32,000 bases of DNA, from the NCBI GenBank assembly GCA_000008885.1, contig BA000021.3:630001-662000 (forward strand). The letters are read 5' to 3'. The position numbers and the translations under genes are program-made. This document shows, piece by piece, positions 1-9,964 of this stretch. The notes under the pieces were generated by a model. The model saw only the letters and a program-made list of their open reading frames with translations. It was not told where the DNA came from and made no database searches. Source of the stretch: Wigglesworthia glossinidia endosymbiont of Glossina brevipalpis. Lineage in GTDB: Bacteria; Pseudomonadota; Gammaproteobacteria; Enterobacterales; Enterobacteriaceae. Position 1 is the stretch's first letter. Each line of letters opens with the position of its first letter.

Positions 1-365
1 GGAATAGAGGTTTATCTGTAAATTCCGAAATTAATTTTGGTAAATTTGGCTTAAAAGCAATTCAAAGAGGAAGACTGACTTCGCGTCAAATAGAATCTGC
101 TAGAAGAGCTATGTCTAGGTCAATAAAACGTCAAGGAAAAATTTGGATTAGAGTGTTTCCAGATAAACCAATTACTAAAAAACCTTTAGAAGTAAGAATG
201 GGAAAAGGAAAAGGAAATGTTGAATATTGGGTTGCTTTAATACAGCCAGGTAAAATTTTGTATGAAATAGATGAAGTTTCAGAAACCATAGCTAGATATG
301 CTTTTAAATTGGCAACAGCTAAGCTTCCCATTACAACTACATTTGTTAATAAAATGGTGATGTAA
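1..365 (+). CDS. rplP: 50S ribosomal protein L16, 5' end outside window
   Basis: The frame is open from the window edge (codons from nt 3) to TAA 363-365. The translation ...[66 protein letters not shown]... is nearly identical to the C-terminal part of E. coli L16. Confidence 0.96.
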   Translation, partial: NRGLSVNSEINFGKFGLKAIQRGRLTSRQIESARRAMSRSIKRQGKIWIRVFPDKPITKKPLEVRMGKGKGNVEYWVALIQPGKILYEIDEVSETIARYAFKLATAKLPITTTFVNKMVM

Positions 366-571
366 TGAATTTAAAAAATTTAAGAAAAAAAAACAAAAAA
401 GAACTTAACAATGAATTACTAAATTTACTACGTGAACAATTTAATTTGCGCATGCAAGCTGGAAATGGACAATTGCAACACACTCATCTTTTAAAAGAAG
501 TACGTAAAAATCTTGCTTATGTAAAAATGTTAATTAATGAAGAAAAAAAAGGTAGAAATAATAATGGGTAA
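365..571 (+). CDS. rpmC: 50S ribosomal protein L29
   Basis: 68 aa. [37 protein letters not shown] matches E. coli L29 (63 aa). The ATG overlaps the rplP stop by 1 nt (TAATG). Confidence 0.95.
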   Translation: MNLKNLRKKNKKELNNELLNLLREQFNLRMQAGNGQLQHTHLLKEVRKNLAYVKMLINEEKKGRNNNG

Positions 572-815
572 AAAAAAATTACAAATCTTAAAAGGAAGTG
601 TGATAAAAAATAAAATGCAAAAATCAATTGTTGTATCAGTAGAAAGATTTGTAAAACATCCAATTTATAAAAAATTTATGAAGAAAACAACTAAATTGCA
701 TGTTCACGATGAAAATAACTCAAGCAAAGTAGGTGATGTTGTAGAAATACAAGAATGTAGACCTATTTCTAAAACAAAATCTTGGAAACTAATAAACATT
801 AAAAAAAATAATTAA
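564..815 (+). CDS. rpsQ: 30S ribosomal protein S17
   Basis: [58 protein letters not shown] matches E. coli S17. I chose the internal ATG at 564 (83 aa, E. coli 84 aa) over the ORF-track ATG at 537. The gene overlaps the rpmC end by 8 nt. Confidence 0.9.
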   Translation: MGKKKLQILKGSVIKNKMQKSIVVSVERFVKHPIYKKFMKKTTKLHVHDENNSSKVGDVVEIQECRPISKTKSWKLINIKKNN

Positions 816-920
816 TATTTATACTAATCTAATTTTTAAAATTACAAAATTAGTATATATTATATATTTTATTTTATTGTTAATATATATTATATATAAA
901 AATGTTTTAAGGTAATTTAA

Positions 921-1292
921 ATGATTCAAGTACAAACTATATTGTCAGTTGCAGATAATTCTGGAGCACGTTTAGTAATGTGTATTAAAGTTTTAGGAGG
1001 CTCTCGTCGTAGATATGCTAAAATATCAGACATAATAAAAATAGCTGTTAAAGAAGCTATACCTAGAGCAAAAGTAAAAAAAGGAGAAGTTTTAAAAGCT
1101 GTTATAGTAAGAACTAAAAAAAACTTGCATAGATCAGATGGATCAGTTTTAAGATTTGATAAAAACGCTTGTGTTTTATTAAACGATAGCACAGAACAAC
1201 CAATTGGAACTCGTATTTTTGGGCCAGTTACTAGAGAGCTAAGAACTGAAAAATTTATGAAAATAATTTCTTTAGCACCAGAAGTTTTATAA
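921..1292 (+). CDS. rplN: 50S ribosomal protein L14
   Basis: 123 aa, the same length as E. coli L14. [23 protein letters not shown]...[29 protein letters not shown] is near-identical. Confidence 0.97.
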   Translation: MIQVQTILSVADNSGARLVMCIKVLGGSRRRYAKISDIIKIAVKEAIPRAKVKKGEVLKAVIVRTKKNLHRSDGSVLRFDKNACVLLNDSTEQPIGTRIFGPVTRELRTEKFMKIISLAPEVL

Positions 1293-1309
1293 GCTAAAAA
1301 GGAATTAAA

Positions 1310-1624
1310 ATGTCAAAAAAAATAAAATTGAATGATGAAATAATAGTTCGTGTTGGTAAGTATAAAGGAAAAACTGGTAAAATAAAGAAAATTTTTTCTG
1401 ATGGAAAAGCAATTATTGAGGGAATAAATATATCAAAAAAACATAAAAAACCAACACCTAATGAAAAACAGTCTGGAGGAATTTTTGAAAAAGAACAACC
1501 AATTAGTTTATCTAATGTAGCAATATTTAACATAGATACAAATAAACCAGATAAAGTAAAATTCAAAATAGAAAAAGGTAAAAAATATAGAATATTCAAG
1601 TCTAATGGTAAAAAAATTAAATAA
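1310..1624 (+). CDS. rplX: 50S ribosomal protein L24
   Basis: 104 aa, as in E. coli. It has the KIKLNDEIIVRVGKYKGKTGKI...EGINISKKHKKP...SNVAIFN pattern of L24 and an AAGGAA Shine-Dalgarno upstream. Confidence 0.95.
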   Translation: MSKKIKLNDEIIVRVGKYKGKTGKIKKIFSDGKAIIEGINISKKHKKPTPNEKQSGGIFEKEQPISLSNVAIFNIDTNKPDKVKFKIEKGKKYRIFKSNGKKIK

Positions 1625-1642
1625 ACTAATGGATAAATATAA

Positions 1643-2179
1643 ATGCAACTTTATGATTTTTATAAAAAAAATGTTTTAATAAAGTTAAAGAATAAATTTA
1701 ACTATAAATCTATTATGCAAGTTCCAAAAATTGAAAAAATTACATTAAATATGGGAGTTGGTAAAGCATCTTTTGATAAAAAATTATTAGAACATGCAGT
1801 TAACGACTTAACATTAATTTCTGGACAAAAGCCATATATAACAAAAGCTAAAAAATCTATAGCAAATTTTAAAATAAGACAAGGACATCCAATAGGATGT
1901 AAAGTTACTTTAAGAGGTAAATTAATGTGGTTTTTTTTTCAAAAATTAATTTGTATTGCAATACCAAGGATACGTGATTTTAGAGGTTTACCAGTAAAAT
2001 CTTTTGATGGTTTTGGAAATTATAGCTTGGGGATAAAGGAACAAATCATATTTCCAGAAATAGATTATGATAAAATTGATAAAATTAGAGGATTAGATAT
2101 TACTATAACTACAAATGCAAAATCTGACAAAGAAGGATTAGCTTTACTTTCTGCTTTTAATTTTCCATTTCGTAAATGA
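1643..2179 (+). CDS. rplE: 50S ribosomal protein L5
   Basis: 178 aa. [16 protein letters not shown]...[16 protein letters not shown]...[10 protein letters not shown]...[22 protein letters not shown] matches E. coli L5. TGA stop. Confidence 0.97.
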   Translation: MQLYDFYKKNVLIKLKNKFNYKSIMQVPKIEKITLNMGVGKASFDKKLLEHAVNDLTLISGQKPYITKAKKSIANFKIRQGHPIGCKVTLRGKLMWFFFQKLICIAIPRIRDFRGLPVKSFDGFGNYSLGIKEQIIFPEIDYDKIDKIRGLDITITTNAKSDKEGLALLSAFNFPFRK

Positions 2180-2188
2180 GGTATTATA

Positions 2189-2494
2189 GTGACACGCAAA
2201 TCTATTCAAGAAAGAGAAAAAAAAAGAATAAAATTAGCTAAAACTTTTTTAAAAAAAAGAAAAGAACTTAAAAAAATTATTTCAGATCCAAACATTGGAA
2301 ATGATATTAGATGGAATGCAGTATTAAAACTTCAATCCCTTCCAAGGGATTCTAGCTTATCTAGGCAAAGAAACAGGTGTAGCCAAACATCTAGACCTCA
2401 TGCCTTTTTAAGAAAATTTGGACTTAGTAGGATAAAATTAAGAGAAGCAGCCATGAGGGGAGAAATTCCAGGGCTAAGAAAATCTAGCTGGTAA
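2189..2494 (+). CDS. rpsN: 30S ribosomal protein S14 (GTG start)
   Basis: 101 aa, as in E. coli. [57 protein letters not shown]. The start codon is GTG at 2189, with GAGG 8 nt upstream. Confidence 0.95.
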   Translation: MTRKSIQEREKKRIKLAKTFLKKRKELKKIISDPNIGNDIRWNAVLKLQSLPRDSSLSRQRNRCSQTSRPHAFLRKFGLSRIKLREAAMRGEIPGLRKSSW

Positions 2495-2513
2495 TTTGTA
2501 TAGGAGAAATAAT

Positions 2514-2906
2514 ATGAGCATGCAAGATCCAATTTCAGACATGATAACACGTATTAGAAACGGACAATCTGCAAAAAAAGAATTAATTTCTATGCCTTAT
2601 TCTAATTTAAAAAAATCAATTGCTAATTTATTAAAAGAAGAAGGTTTTATATTAGATTATAAAGTAGAAGATAATAAAAAACCTACTTTAAAATTAAATT
2701 TAAAATATTTTAAAAACAACCCAGTTATAGAAAAAATTAAAAGGATTAGCAGGCCAGGTTTAAGAATTTATAAAAAAAGAAAACATTTACCAAATGTAAT
2801 GTCAGGAATGGGAATAGCAATTGTTTCTACATCAAGAGGTATTATGACTGACAAATTAGCTAGAACTTATAATCTTGGCGGAGAAATCATTTGTTATGTA
2901 GAATAA
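2514..2906 (+). CDS. rpsH: 30S ribosomal protein S8
   Basis: [18 protein letters not shown]...[34 protein letters not shown]...GGEIICYV. 130 aa from ATG 2514, as in E. coli, with AGGAG at 2502-2506. The ORF-track start at 2496 is a TTG extension. Confidence 0.95.
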   Translation: MSMQDPISDMITRIRNGQSAKKELISMPYSNLKKSIANLLKEEGFILDYKVEDNKKPTLKLNLKYFKNNPVIEKIKRISRPGLRIYKKRKHLPNVMSGMGIAIVSTSRGIMTDKLARTYNLGGEIICYVE

Positions 2907-2925
2907 ATTATATTGGAGAATAAAT

Positions 2926-3462
2926 ATGTCTCGTATTGCAAGATTACCTATTTTTATACCAAAATCAGTAAAAGTAAAAATTTTAAAAAAAAACATTATA
3001 ATTATTGGACAATACGGGGAAATAAATCAATTAATTAATAAAAATATTAATATAAAAGTTAATAACAACAACATAATTATTTCTCCTTTTAAAGAAAATT
3101 GCAATAAATTATGGGCTATAGCTGGAACTATGAGATCAATAATAAATAATATGATTATAGGAGTTACAAAAAAATTTACTAAAAAATTAATTATAACTGG
3201 AGTGGGATATCGTGCTAATATATCTCAAAAAGTTCTTATTATGTCTTTAGGTTTTTCTCATCAAATAAAAATTAAAATACCAGAAGCAATATTTGCTGAA
3301 TGTACAAATTCAAACGAAATAATATTATCTAGCGTAGACAAGCAAAAAATAGGACAATTTGCAGCAAATATAAGAAATTATAAAATATCTGATCCATATA
3401 AAGGCAAGGGTATTCGTTATTCATATGAAATTATCAAAATAAAAGAAACAAAGAAAAAATAA
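2926..3462 (+). CDS. rplF: 50S ribosomal protein L6
   Basis: 178 aa. MSRIARLPI...MIIGVTKKFTKKL.ITGVGYRA...LGFSH...DPYKGKGIRY matches the L6 pattern. GGAG upstream. Confidence 0.94.
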   Translation: MSRIARLPIFIPKSVKVKILKKNIIIIGQYGEINQLINKNINIKVNNNNIIISPFKENCNKLWAIAGTMRSIINNMIIGVTKKFTKKLIITGVGYRANISQKVLIMSLGFSHQIKIKIPEAIFAECTNSNEIILSSVDKQKIGQFAANIRNYKISDPYKGKGIRYSYEIIKIKETKKK

Positions 3463-3465
3463 AAA

Positions 3466-3819
3466 ATGAAAAAAAAATTATCTAGAATCATAAGAGCCAC
3501 TAGAACAAGAAAAAGAATTAGATCTTTAGAAATTGAAAGATTAGTTGTTTATAGAACATCAAAGCATGTTTATGCACAAATTATATCTTCAGATTGTTCT
3601 AATGTTTTAGCATCAGCTTCTACTTTAGAAAAAAAAATATCAAATAAAGTAAATTTTACTGGAAATAAAAAAGCTGCTTTATTAGTTGGAAAAAAAATTG
3701 CAGAAAGAGCTTTGAAAAAAAATATAAAAAAAATAGCTTTTGATCGTTCTGGATTTAAATATCATGGTCGTATTAAAGAATTAGCAGAGTCTGCTAGAAA
3801 ATTTGGATTAAATTTTTAG
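3466..3819 (+). CDS. rplR: 50S ribosomal protein L18
   Basis: 117 aa, as in E. coli. [17 protein letters not shown]...[26 protein letters not shown]. Confidence 0.95.
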
Positions 3820-3837
3820 AATATCAAGGTTAATAGC

Positions 3838-4338
3838 ATGGTAAATTTTGAAAAAAATATAAACGAACTACAAGAAAAATTAATATCAGTGAACAGAGTA
3901 TCAAAAACAGTAAAAGGTGGAAGAATATTTAGTTTTACTGCTTTAACTGTAGTAGGAGATTGTCAAGGTAAAATAGGTTTTGGTTATGGAAAATCAAAAG
4001 AAGTTCCATTGGCAATTCAGAAAGCAATGGATAAAGCAAGAAAAAATATGATAATTATTCCAATTGTATGTAAAACTTTACAACATGAAATTAATGGATA
4101 TCATACAGGATCTCGCGTATTCATGAAACCAGCATCAGAAGGAACTGGAATAATAGCAGGTGGAGCTATGAGAGCAGTATTAGAAGTAGCTGGAGTACAT
4201 AACGTTTTAGCTAAAGTATATGGGTCTACTAATCCAATTAATGTAGTAAGAGCAACGGTTAATGCATTAAAAAAAATGAGATTTCCAATGCATATTGCTG
4301 AAAAACGTGGAAAATCTATTGATGATATTTTAGGATAA
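3838..4338 (+). CDS. rpsE: 30S ribosomal protein S5
   Basis: 166 aa. [48 protein letters not shown]...[38 protein letters not shown]. Confidence 0.96.
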   Translation: MVNFEKNINELQEKLISVNRVSKTVKGGRIFSFTALTVVGDCQGKIGFGYGKSKEVPLAIQKAMDKARKNMIIIPIVCKTLQHEINGYHTGSRVFMKPASEGTGIIAGGAMRAVLEVAGVHNVLAKVYGSTNPINVVRATVNALKKMRFPMHIAEKRGKSIDDILG

Positions 4339-4348
4339 ATTTTATATT

Positions 4349-4525
4349 ATGAATAAATTAAAAATAACTCAAATAAAAAGCTCTATTGGATGCTTGAAAA
4401 AACATAAATCAACTTTATATGGATTAGGATTACGACATATTGGACATACTGTAATAAGACAAAATTCACCAAGATTATTAGGAATGATAAACTCTATTTC
4501 ATATTTAGTAAAAATAAAGGACTAA
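4349..4525 (+). CDS. rpmD: 50S ribosomal protein L30 (below the ORF-track size cutoff)
   Basis: Hand translation from ATG 4349 gives [58 protein letters not shown] (58 aa, TAA 4523-4525). It aligns along its whole length with E. coli L30 ([40 protein letters not shown]...). The position between rpsE and rplO is the expected one. Confidence 0.92.
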   Translation: MNKLKITQIKSSIGCLKKHKSTLYGLGLRHIGHTVIRQNSPRLLGMINSISYLVKIKD

Positions 4526-4528
4526 AAA

Positions 4529-4963
4529 ATGTATTTAAATACTATTTCGCCTATGAAAAAATCTAATCATTCTTCTAAAAGAAAAGGAAGAGGAATAGGT
4601 TCTGGAAAAGGGAAAACTAGTGGACGCGGACATAAGGGTCAAAGATCAAGATCTGGAGGAAAAGTTCGACGTGGATTTGAAGGAGGCCAAATGCCTTTAT
4701 ATAGAAGGTTGCCAAAATTTGGACATAATAAATCTAAAAAATCCTTTTTTAAAAAGGAAATTAAATTATCTGAATTTATGAAAATAAAAGACTCATTTAT
4801 TGATTTAATTGTTTTGAAAAAAAATAAAATAATAAATTCAAAAATAAAAATAGTTAAAATAATTTTTTCTAAAAATTTTAATAAAAAAATAAATATAAAA
4901 AATTTAAAAGTTAGTAAAAATGCAAAAAAAGAAATAGAATTTTTTGGTGGAACAATTAATTAA
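4529..4963 (+). CDS. rplO: 50S ribosomal protein L15
   Basis: 144 aa, as in E. coli. [46 protein letters not shown] is near-identical in the N-terminal half. The C-terminal half is highly diverged and K/I-rich. Confidence 0.95.
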   Translation: MYLNTISPMKKSNHSSKRKGRGIGSGKGKTSGRGHKGQRSRSGGKVRRGFEGGQMPLYRRLPKFGHNKSKKSFFKKEIKLSEFMKIKDSFIDLIVLKKNKIINSKIKIVKIIFSKNFNKKINIKNLKVSKNAKKEIEFFGGTIN

Positions 4964-6312
4964 TGAATAATATTTTAAACTATAAAAAAAAATCAAAAAA
5001 AATTTTAAATAAAAGCAAAGAAAATTTATTTGAATTAAAAGATAGAATAATATTTGTAATTATAGCTCTAATTGTATTTCGTATTGGCTCTTTTATACCT
5101 ATTCCAGGAATAGATACTATATTGTTGTCTAATCTTATAGCACAACAAAAAGGTACAATTATAGAAATGTTTAATATGTTTTCTGGAGGTGCTCTGAGCA
5201 GAGCTTCAATATTTTCTTTGGGTATAATGCCTCATATTTCTGCTTCTATAATAATTCAATTATTAACTATAATACATCCAAAGCTTTCTGAAATTAAAAA
5301 AGATGGAGAATTTGGAAGGAGAAAAATAAATAAATATACTAGATATGGGACTCTTTTTTTAGCAATTATACAATCTATAAGTATTTCTATTAGTTTGCCT
5401 AACATGCCAGGAATGCAAGAATTAATAATAAATAAAGGAATAGAGTTTTATATTACTACAATAACTAGCTTAGTCACAGGAACAATATTCTTGATGTGGC
5501 TAGGAGAACAAATTACTTCTAGGGGCATAGGAAATGGAATTTCAATTTTAATATTTTCTGGAATTATAGCTGGTTTGCCAATAGAAGTTATAAAATCAAT
5601 AGAACAAGCAAGACAGGGAAATTTAAATATTATAACAGTATTAATTTCTATAATATTAGTTTTTGTAATTACTTATTTCGTAGTTTTCATTGAAAGAGGG
5701 CAACGCAGAGTAATTGTAAATTATGCAATGAGACAAAAAGGAAGAAAAATATATGCTGCTCAAATTACTCATTTACCTTTAAAGGTGAATATGTCTGGAG
5801 TTATTCCAGCTATTTTTGCTTCTAGTTTGATTTTATTTCCAGCTACTATAGCTTCCTGGTTCGGAGAAGGAATTGGAGTTAAGTGGATGTCTAAAATTCC
5901 TTATTACTTAGAGCCAGGAACTTTTTCTTACTCTATTTTATATGCTAGTGCTATTATGTTTTTCTGTTTCTTTTATACTTCATTGGTATTTAATTCAAAA
6001 GATACAGCAGATAATTTAAAAAAGTCTGGAGCATTTATATCTGGTATTAGACCAGGAATCAAAACTTCTCAATATATTAACAAAATTATGATGAATCTTA
6101 CTTTGATAGGAGCAACATATATTGCTTTGATTTGTCTGATGCCTGATTTTTTTAGAGTATTTATAAAATCTCCATTTCATTTCGGAGGAACATCACTATT
6201 AATTGTAGTGGTTGTTACTATAGATTTTATGACACAAATACAAACTATAATAATGTCTAGCCAATATAGTTCTGCTTTAAAAAAAGCAAATTTAAAAAAT
6301 TCTAATAGATAA
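4963..6312 (+). CDS. secY: Preprotein translocase subunit SecY
   Basis: 449 aa, multi-pass membrane protein. [13 protein letters not shown]...[30 protein letters not shown]...[23 protein letters not shown] matches SecY. The ATG overlaps the rplO stop (TAATG). Confidence 0.97.
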   Translation: MNNILNYKKKSKKILNKSKENLFELKDRIIFVIIALIVFRIGSFIPIPGIDTILLSNLIAQQKGTIIEMFNMFSGGALSRASIFSLGIMPHISASIIIQLLTIIHPKLSEIKKDGEFGRRKINKYTRYGTLFLAIIQSISISISLPNMPGMQELIINKGIEFYITTITSLVTGTIFLMWLGEQITSRGIGNGISILIFSGIIAGLPIEVIKSIEQARQGNLNIITVLISIILVFVITYFVVFIERGQRRVIVNYAMRQKGRKIYAAQITHLPLKVNMSGVIPAIFASSLILFPATIASWFGEGIGVKWMSKIPYYLEPGTFSYSILYASAIMFFCFFYTSLVFNSKDTADNLKKSGAFISGIRPGIKTSQYINKIMMNLTLIGATYIALICLMPDFFRVFIKSPFHFGGTSLLIVVVVTIDFMTQIQTIIMSSQYSSALKKANLKNSNR

Positions 6313-6329
6313 AAATTTGGAGAGTAAAT

Positions 6330-6446
6330 GTGAAAGTTCGTACTTCTGTAAGAAAATTATGTAGAAATTGTAAAATTGTTAAACGCAATAGAGTTATAAG
6401 AGTATTATGTAGTGTGGACGCAAAGCATAAGCAAAGACAGGGATAA
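6330..6446 (+). CDS. rpmJ: 50S ribosomal protein L36 (GTG start; below the ORF-track cutoff)
   Basis: Hand translation from GTG 6330 gives (M)[37 protein letters not shown] (38 aa, TAA 6444-6446), which matches E. coli L36 [38 protein letters not shown]. The overlapping ATG at 6328 runs straight into TGA. GGAGAG at 6319-6324. Confidence 0.92.
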   Translation: MKVRTSVRKLCRNCKIVKRNRVIRVLCSVDAKHKQRQG

Positions 6447-6556
6447 AATAATTAAAAATTTTATAACTTATATAGATTAAAACTTTAAATTTTAGTATAA
6501 TAAAAAAAATTTAAAATAAAATTTATTTATTAAATAAATATTGGAGAAATAAATAT

Positions 6557-6913
6557 TTGACTCGTATAGCAGGGGTTAATATACCAGAAAAAAAACATAT
6601 AGTAATAGCATTAAAAAAAATTTATGGAATAGGCAATGTTTTAGCAAGAAAAATATGTAAAAAAACAGGAATAAATTTTAGTAAAAAAGTTAATTCGTTA
6701 GACTCTTCAGAAATAGAGCTAATAAGAAATGAAGTTTTGAAATTAAAAATAGAAGGTGATTTACGTAGAGAAATGACTTTAAATATTAAAAGATTAATAG
6801 ATCTTGGAACATATCGTGGATTACGTCACAAGAAACATCTTCCTGTTAGAGGACAAAGAACAAAAACAAATGCTAGAACTAGAAAAGGACCAAGAAAACC
6901 AATAAAAAAATAA
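6557..6913 (+). CDS. rpsM: 30S ribosomal protein S13 (TTG start)
   Basis: 118 aa, exactly as in E. coli. (M)[13 protein letters not shown]...EGDLRRE...[15 protein letters not shown]...[24 protein letters not shown]. The start codon is TTG at 6557, and GGAG at 6543-6546 sits 10 nt upstream. Confidence 0.93.
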   Translation: MTRIAGVNIPEKKHIVIALKKIYGIGNVLARKICKKTGINFSKKVNSLDSSEIELIRNEVLKLKIEGDLRREMTLNIKRLIDLGTYRGLRHKKHLPVRGQRTKTNARTRKGPRKPIKK

Positions 6914-6931
6914 TATTTTGGAATTATTAAT

Positions 6932-7327
6932 ATGTCTAAAAAACAAAATTCTAGTATTTCTAGAAAAAAAATTAAAAGGCAAATTTTAGAAGGAATAGCA
7001 CATATTCATGCATCATTTAATAATACTATTGTTACTATAACAGATCGTCAAGGAAATACATTAGGTTGGGCTACATCTGGAGGATCTGGGTTTCGTGGTT
7101 CTAGAAAATCCACGCCTTTTGCCGCACAAGTTGCTGCGGAAAAATGTTCTGAAATAGCAAAAGAATATGGAATAAAAAATTTGGAAATAATGGTAAAAGG
7201 GCCAGGGCCAGGAAGAGAATCTACAATAAGAGCTTTAAATTCATCTGGGTTTAAAATCACCAATATTACTGATGTAACTCCTATACCACATAATGGATGC
7301 AGACCTCCAAAAAGAAGAAGAGTTTAA
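6932..7327 (+). CDS. rpsK: 30S ribosomal protein S11
   Basis: 131 aa. [49 protein letters not shown]...[40 protein letters not shown]. Confidence 0.97.
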   Translation: MSKKQNSSISRKKIKRQILEGIAHIHASFNNTIVTITDRQGNTLGWATSGGSGFRGSRKSTPFAAQVAAEKCSEIAKEYGIKNLEIMVKGPGPGRESTIRALNSSGFKITNITDVTPIPHNGCRPPKRRRV

Positions 7328-7349
7328 TTTATATTTTATAGAGATAAAA

Positions 7350-7970
7350 ATGGCAAAATATTTAGGACCTAAATTAAAATTAAGTCGTAGAGAAGGAACA
7401 GATTTGTTTTTGAAATCTGGAGTTCGTGCAATAGAGTCTAAATGTAAAATAGATCATCTACCAGGACAACATGGATCAAGAAGATCTAGGCTATCTGATT
7501 ATGGAATACAACTAAGAGAAAAACAAAAATTAAGAAGAATGTACGTAATACTGGAAAGACAATTTAAAAAATATTATAAAAAAGCAGTTAGAATGAAAGG
7601 AAATACTGGAGAGAACCTTTTAATTCTTTTAGAAAGCAGATTAGATAATGTAGTATATCGTATGGGTTTTGGGTCTACCAGGTTAGAATCTCGTCAATTA
7701 ATATCTCATAAATCAATCATTATAAATAAAAAAGTAATTAATATTCCTTCGTATCAAATAAAACCTAATGATTGTATAGAAGTCAAAGAAATTGCAAAAA
7801 AACAATCTAGAATCAAAGCCGCTATAGAAATTTCAGAACAAAGAGAAAAACAATCCTGGATTGATGTAGATCGAGTTAAAATGCAAGGAATATTTAAAAA
7901 ATTTCCTGATCGTTCTGATCTCTCTTCAGAGATAAACGAACATTTAATTATTGAACTTTATTCAAAGTAA
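7350..7970 (+). CDS. rpsD: 30S ribosomal protein S4
   Basis: 206 aa from ATG 7350, as in E. coli. [34 protein letters not shown]...[12 protein letters not shown]. The ORF-track start at 7293 lies inside rpsK and is an upstream extension. Confidence 0.96.
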   Translation: MAKYLGPKLKLSRREGTDLFLKSGVRAIESKCKIDHLPGQHGSRRSRLSDYGIQLREKQKLRRMYVILERQFKKYYKKAVRMKGNTGENLLILLESRLDNVVYRMGFGSTRLESRQLISHKSIIINKKVINIPSYQIKPNDCIEVKEIAKKQSRIKAAIEISEQREKQSWIDVDRVKMQGIFKKFPDRSDLSSEINEHLIIELYSK

Positions 7971-7999
7971 ACTAATATTAGTGTTAAGAAGAAAATATT

Positions 8000-8986
8000 A
8001 TGCACAATTCAGCTACTGAGTTTCTTAAACCAAGGTTAGTAGATATTGAACAAATTAGCAAAACTCATGCCAAAATAACTTTAGAACCCCTAGAAAGGGG
8101 ATTTGGTCATACACTAGGAAATGCTCTTAGAAGAATATTGCTTTCTTCTATGCCAGGATATGCGGTTACAGAAGTAGAAATTGATGGAATATTACATGAA
8201 TATAGCTCCAAGGAAGGAGTTCAAGAAGATATAGTAGAAATACTATTAAATTTAAAAGAATTAGCACTAATAATAAAAGGAAAAGATATTGCAGTTTTAT
8301 CTTTGTTTAAATCTGGAATTGGAAAGGTTACAGCTTCTGATATAATCCATGATGGAAACGTAGAAATCTGCCATCCAGAACACGTTTTATGTAATTTAAC
8401 CCATGAAAATTCATCAATTAACATGAGAATAAAAGTACAAAAAGGAAGAGGGTATGTCCCAGCTATTTCTAGGATGCATATAGAAGATCGTCCGATAGGA
8501 CGATTATTATTAGATGCCTGTTATAGCCCAATAGAAAGAATTTCTTATAACGTAGAAGCTGCTAGAGTAGAACAAAGGACGGATTTAGATAAATTAATAA
8601 TTGAAATGGAAACTAATGGAACAATAGATCCAGAATCAGCAATTAGAAGAGCAGCAACAATTTTGTCAGAGCAATTAGAAGCATTTATCGATCTAAGAGA
8701 TATAAGAAAACCAGAAATAAAAGAAGAAAAACCAGAATTTGATCCAGTTTTGCTTAGACCTGTAGATGATTTAGAACTAACTGTGAGATCCGCTAATTGC
8801 CTTAAAGCAGAATCTATACATTATATAGGAGATTTAGTTCAAAGAACAGAAGTAGAATTATTAAAAACTCCTAATTTAGGAAAAAAATCACTTACAGAAA
8901 TAAAAGATGTTCTTTCTACTAGAAATTTAACTCTTGGGATGAGAATAGAAAACTGGCCTCCGGTAAGTATTTTAAAAAATGATTAA
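8000..8986 (+). CDS. rpoA: DNA-directed RNA polymerase alpha subunit
   Basis: 328 aa (E. coli 329). [12 protein letters not shown]...[40 protein letters not shown]...[50 protein letters not shown]. Confidence 0.98.
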   Translation: MHNSATEFLKPRLVDIEQISKTHAKITLEPLERGFGHTLGNALRRILLSSMPGYAVTEVEIDGILHEYSSKEGVQEDIVEILLNLKELALIIKGKDIAVLSLFKSGIGKVTASDIIHDGNVEICHPEHVLCNLTHENSSINMRIKVQKGRGYVPAISRMHIEDRPIGRLLLDACYSPIERISYNVEAARVEQRTDLDKLIIEMETNGTIDPESAIRRAATILSEQLEAFIDLRDIRKPEIKEEKPEFDPVLLRPVDDLELTVRSANCLKAESIHYIGDLVQRTEVELLKTPNLGKKSLTEIKDVLSTRNLTLGMRIENWPPVSILKND

Positions 8987-8998
8987 TAAAGGTAAAAT

Positions 8999-9367
8999 AT
9001 GCGTCATAGAAATACAGGTCGTTATTTAGGTCGTAATTCTAGTCATAGAGATTCTATGTTAAAAAATATGATTATTTCTTTGATAAGATATGAAATTATT
9101 CATACAACTTTACAAAAAGCTAAAGAACTACGTAAAATTTTAGAACCATTAATCACTATTTCTAAAATTAATTCTATTTCTAACAGAAGAAATATTTATT
9201 CTAAAATTCGAAACAATGAAATTATACATAAATTATTTAACGATATAGGACCTAGATTTTTAAAAAAAAATGGGGGATATTTATCCATATTAAAATCTGG
9301 ATATAGAAAAGGAGATAATGCCTATATGGCATATATTAAATTTACTAATACTAAAAAAAATATATAA
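8999..9367 (+). CDS. rplQ: 50S ribosomal protein L17
   Basis: 122 aa. MRHRNTGRYLGRNSSHRDSMLKNM..SLIRYEIIHTTLQKAKELR...GGYLSILK.GYRKGDNAYMAYI matches the L17 pattern and sits last in the alpha operon. Confidence 0.95.
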   Translation: MRHRNTGRYLGRNSSHRDSMLKNMIISLIRYEIIHTTLQKAKELRKILEPLITISKINSISNRRNIYSKIRNNEIIHKLFNDIGPRFLKKNGGYLSILKSGYRKGDNAYMAYIKFTNTKKNI

Positions 9368-9482
9368 TATTTATATTTTTTTTAAAAACTAATTTTAAAT
9401 TTTCATATCATTCTTTTATAAGATTTTGTAAAATATTTCAAGCTAACTAATATAATTGTACGTAATATAATTGGATAATAAT

Positions 9483-9911
9483 ATGAAAATAGAACAAACT
9501 TTGTCTATAATAAAACCAAACATTATTTCTAATAATTTTATTGGAAATATTATTAATAGATTAGAACAAGCTAAATTATATATTATAGCTTCTAAAATGA
9601 TTAAGCTTTCTTGGAAAGAAGCGGTATCTTTTTATATTGAACATAAAAATAAATCTTTTTTTTCTGATTTAATAAATTTTATGATTTCTCATCCAATAAT
9701 AGTTCAAATATTAGAGGGAGAAAATGCAATTAAAAGAAACAGAGAAATTATGGGTAATACAAATCCAAAAATTGCTTTAGCAGGAACATTAAGATCTGAT
9801 TTTTCAAATGATATTATAAAAAATGGAGTTCATGGATCAGATTCTGAAGAATCTGCAGATAGAGAGATTAAATTTTTTTTCAAAAAAGATAGAATTTTTT
9901 CTAGAATATAA
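9483..9911 (+). CDS. ndk: Nucleoside diphosphate kinase
   Basis: 142 aa from ATG 9483 (E. coli 143). IEQTLSIIKPN...EGENAIKRNREIMGNTNP..ALAGTLRSDF......NGVHGSDS.ESADREIKFFF, with the catalytic His in NGVHGSD. The ORF-track start at 9471 is a TTG 4 codons upstream. Confidence 0.93.
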   Translation: MKIEQTLSIIKPNIISNNFIGNIINRLEQAKLYIIASKMIKLSWKEAVSFYIEHKNKSFFSDLINFMISHPIIVQILEGENAIKRNREIMGNTNPKIALAGTLRSDFSNDIIKNGVHGSDSEESADREIKFFFKKDRIFSRI

Positions 9912-9964
9912 TCTTGTGTTTACCACTAATATTAACTATTAAAATTATAAATATTATCATTAAT

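Noticed and set aside
537-563. Upstream ORF-track starts. They extend rpsQ (ATG 537), rpsH (2496), rpsD (7293), ndk (9471), rlmN (TTG 9914) and aroK (TTG 18271).
   Set aside because: Alignment to the E. coli N-termini and protein lengths supports the downstream ATGs (564, 2514, 7350, 9483, 9965, 18310). The extensions overlap upstream genes or add non-homologous residues.
821-897. In the rpsQ-rplN spacer: an 8-bp A:T stem ATACTAAT / ATTAGTAT (821-828 / 849-856), and a 14-bp direct repeat TATATATTATATAT (854-867 and 884-897).
   Set aside because: The stem has a 20-nt loop and no G:C pairs. The direct repeat is TA-type low complexity. Neither is distinguishable from chance in this composition.
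6521-6539. 19-bp palindrome ATTTATTTA-T-TAAATAAAT, 18 nt upstream of the rpsM TTG start. This could be an S4 operator or leader structure.
   Set aside because: It is A:T only with a 1-nt centre. A 9-bp A/T palindrome has roughly a 1 in 500 chance per position in this composition, so dozens are expected in the window. It has no resemblance to the E. coli S4 pseudoknot that I can verify.
9353-9383. Perfect 12-bp inverted repeat AAAAAAAATATA / TATATTTTTTTT with a 7-nt loop spanning the rplQ stop codon. This could be the alpha-operon terminator.
   Set aside because: The stem is entirely A:T, so it is thermodynamically weak. In DNA that is effectively a two-letter alphabet, stems of this length are expected several times per 32 kb by chance. 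The position is suggestive, but I cannot support the call.
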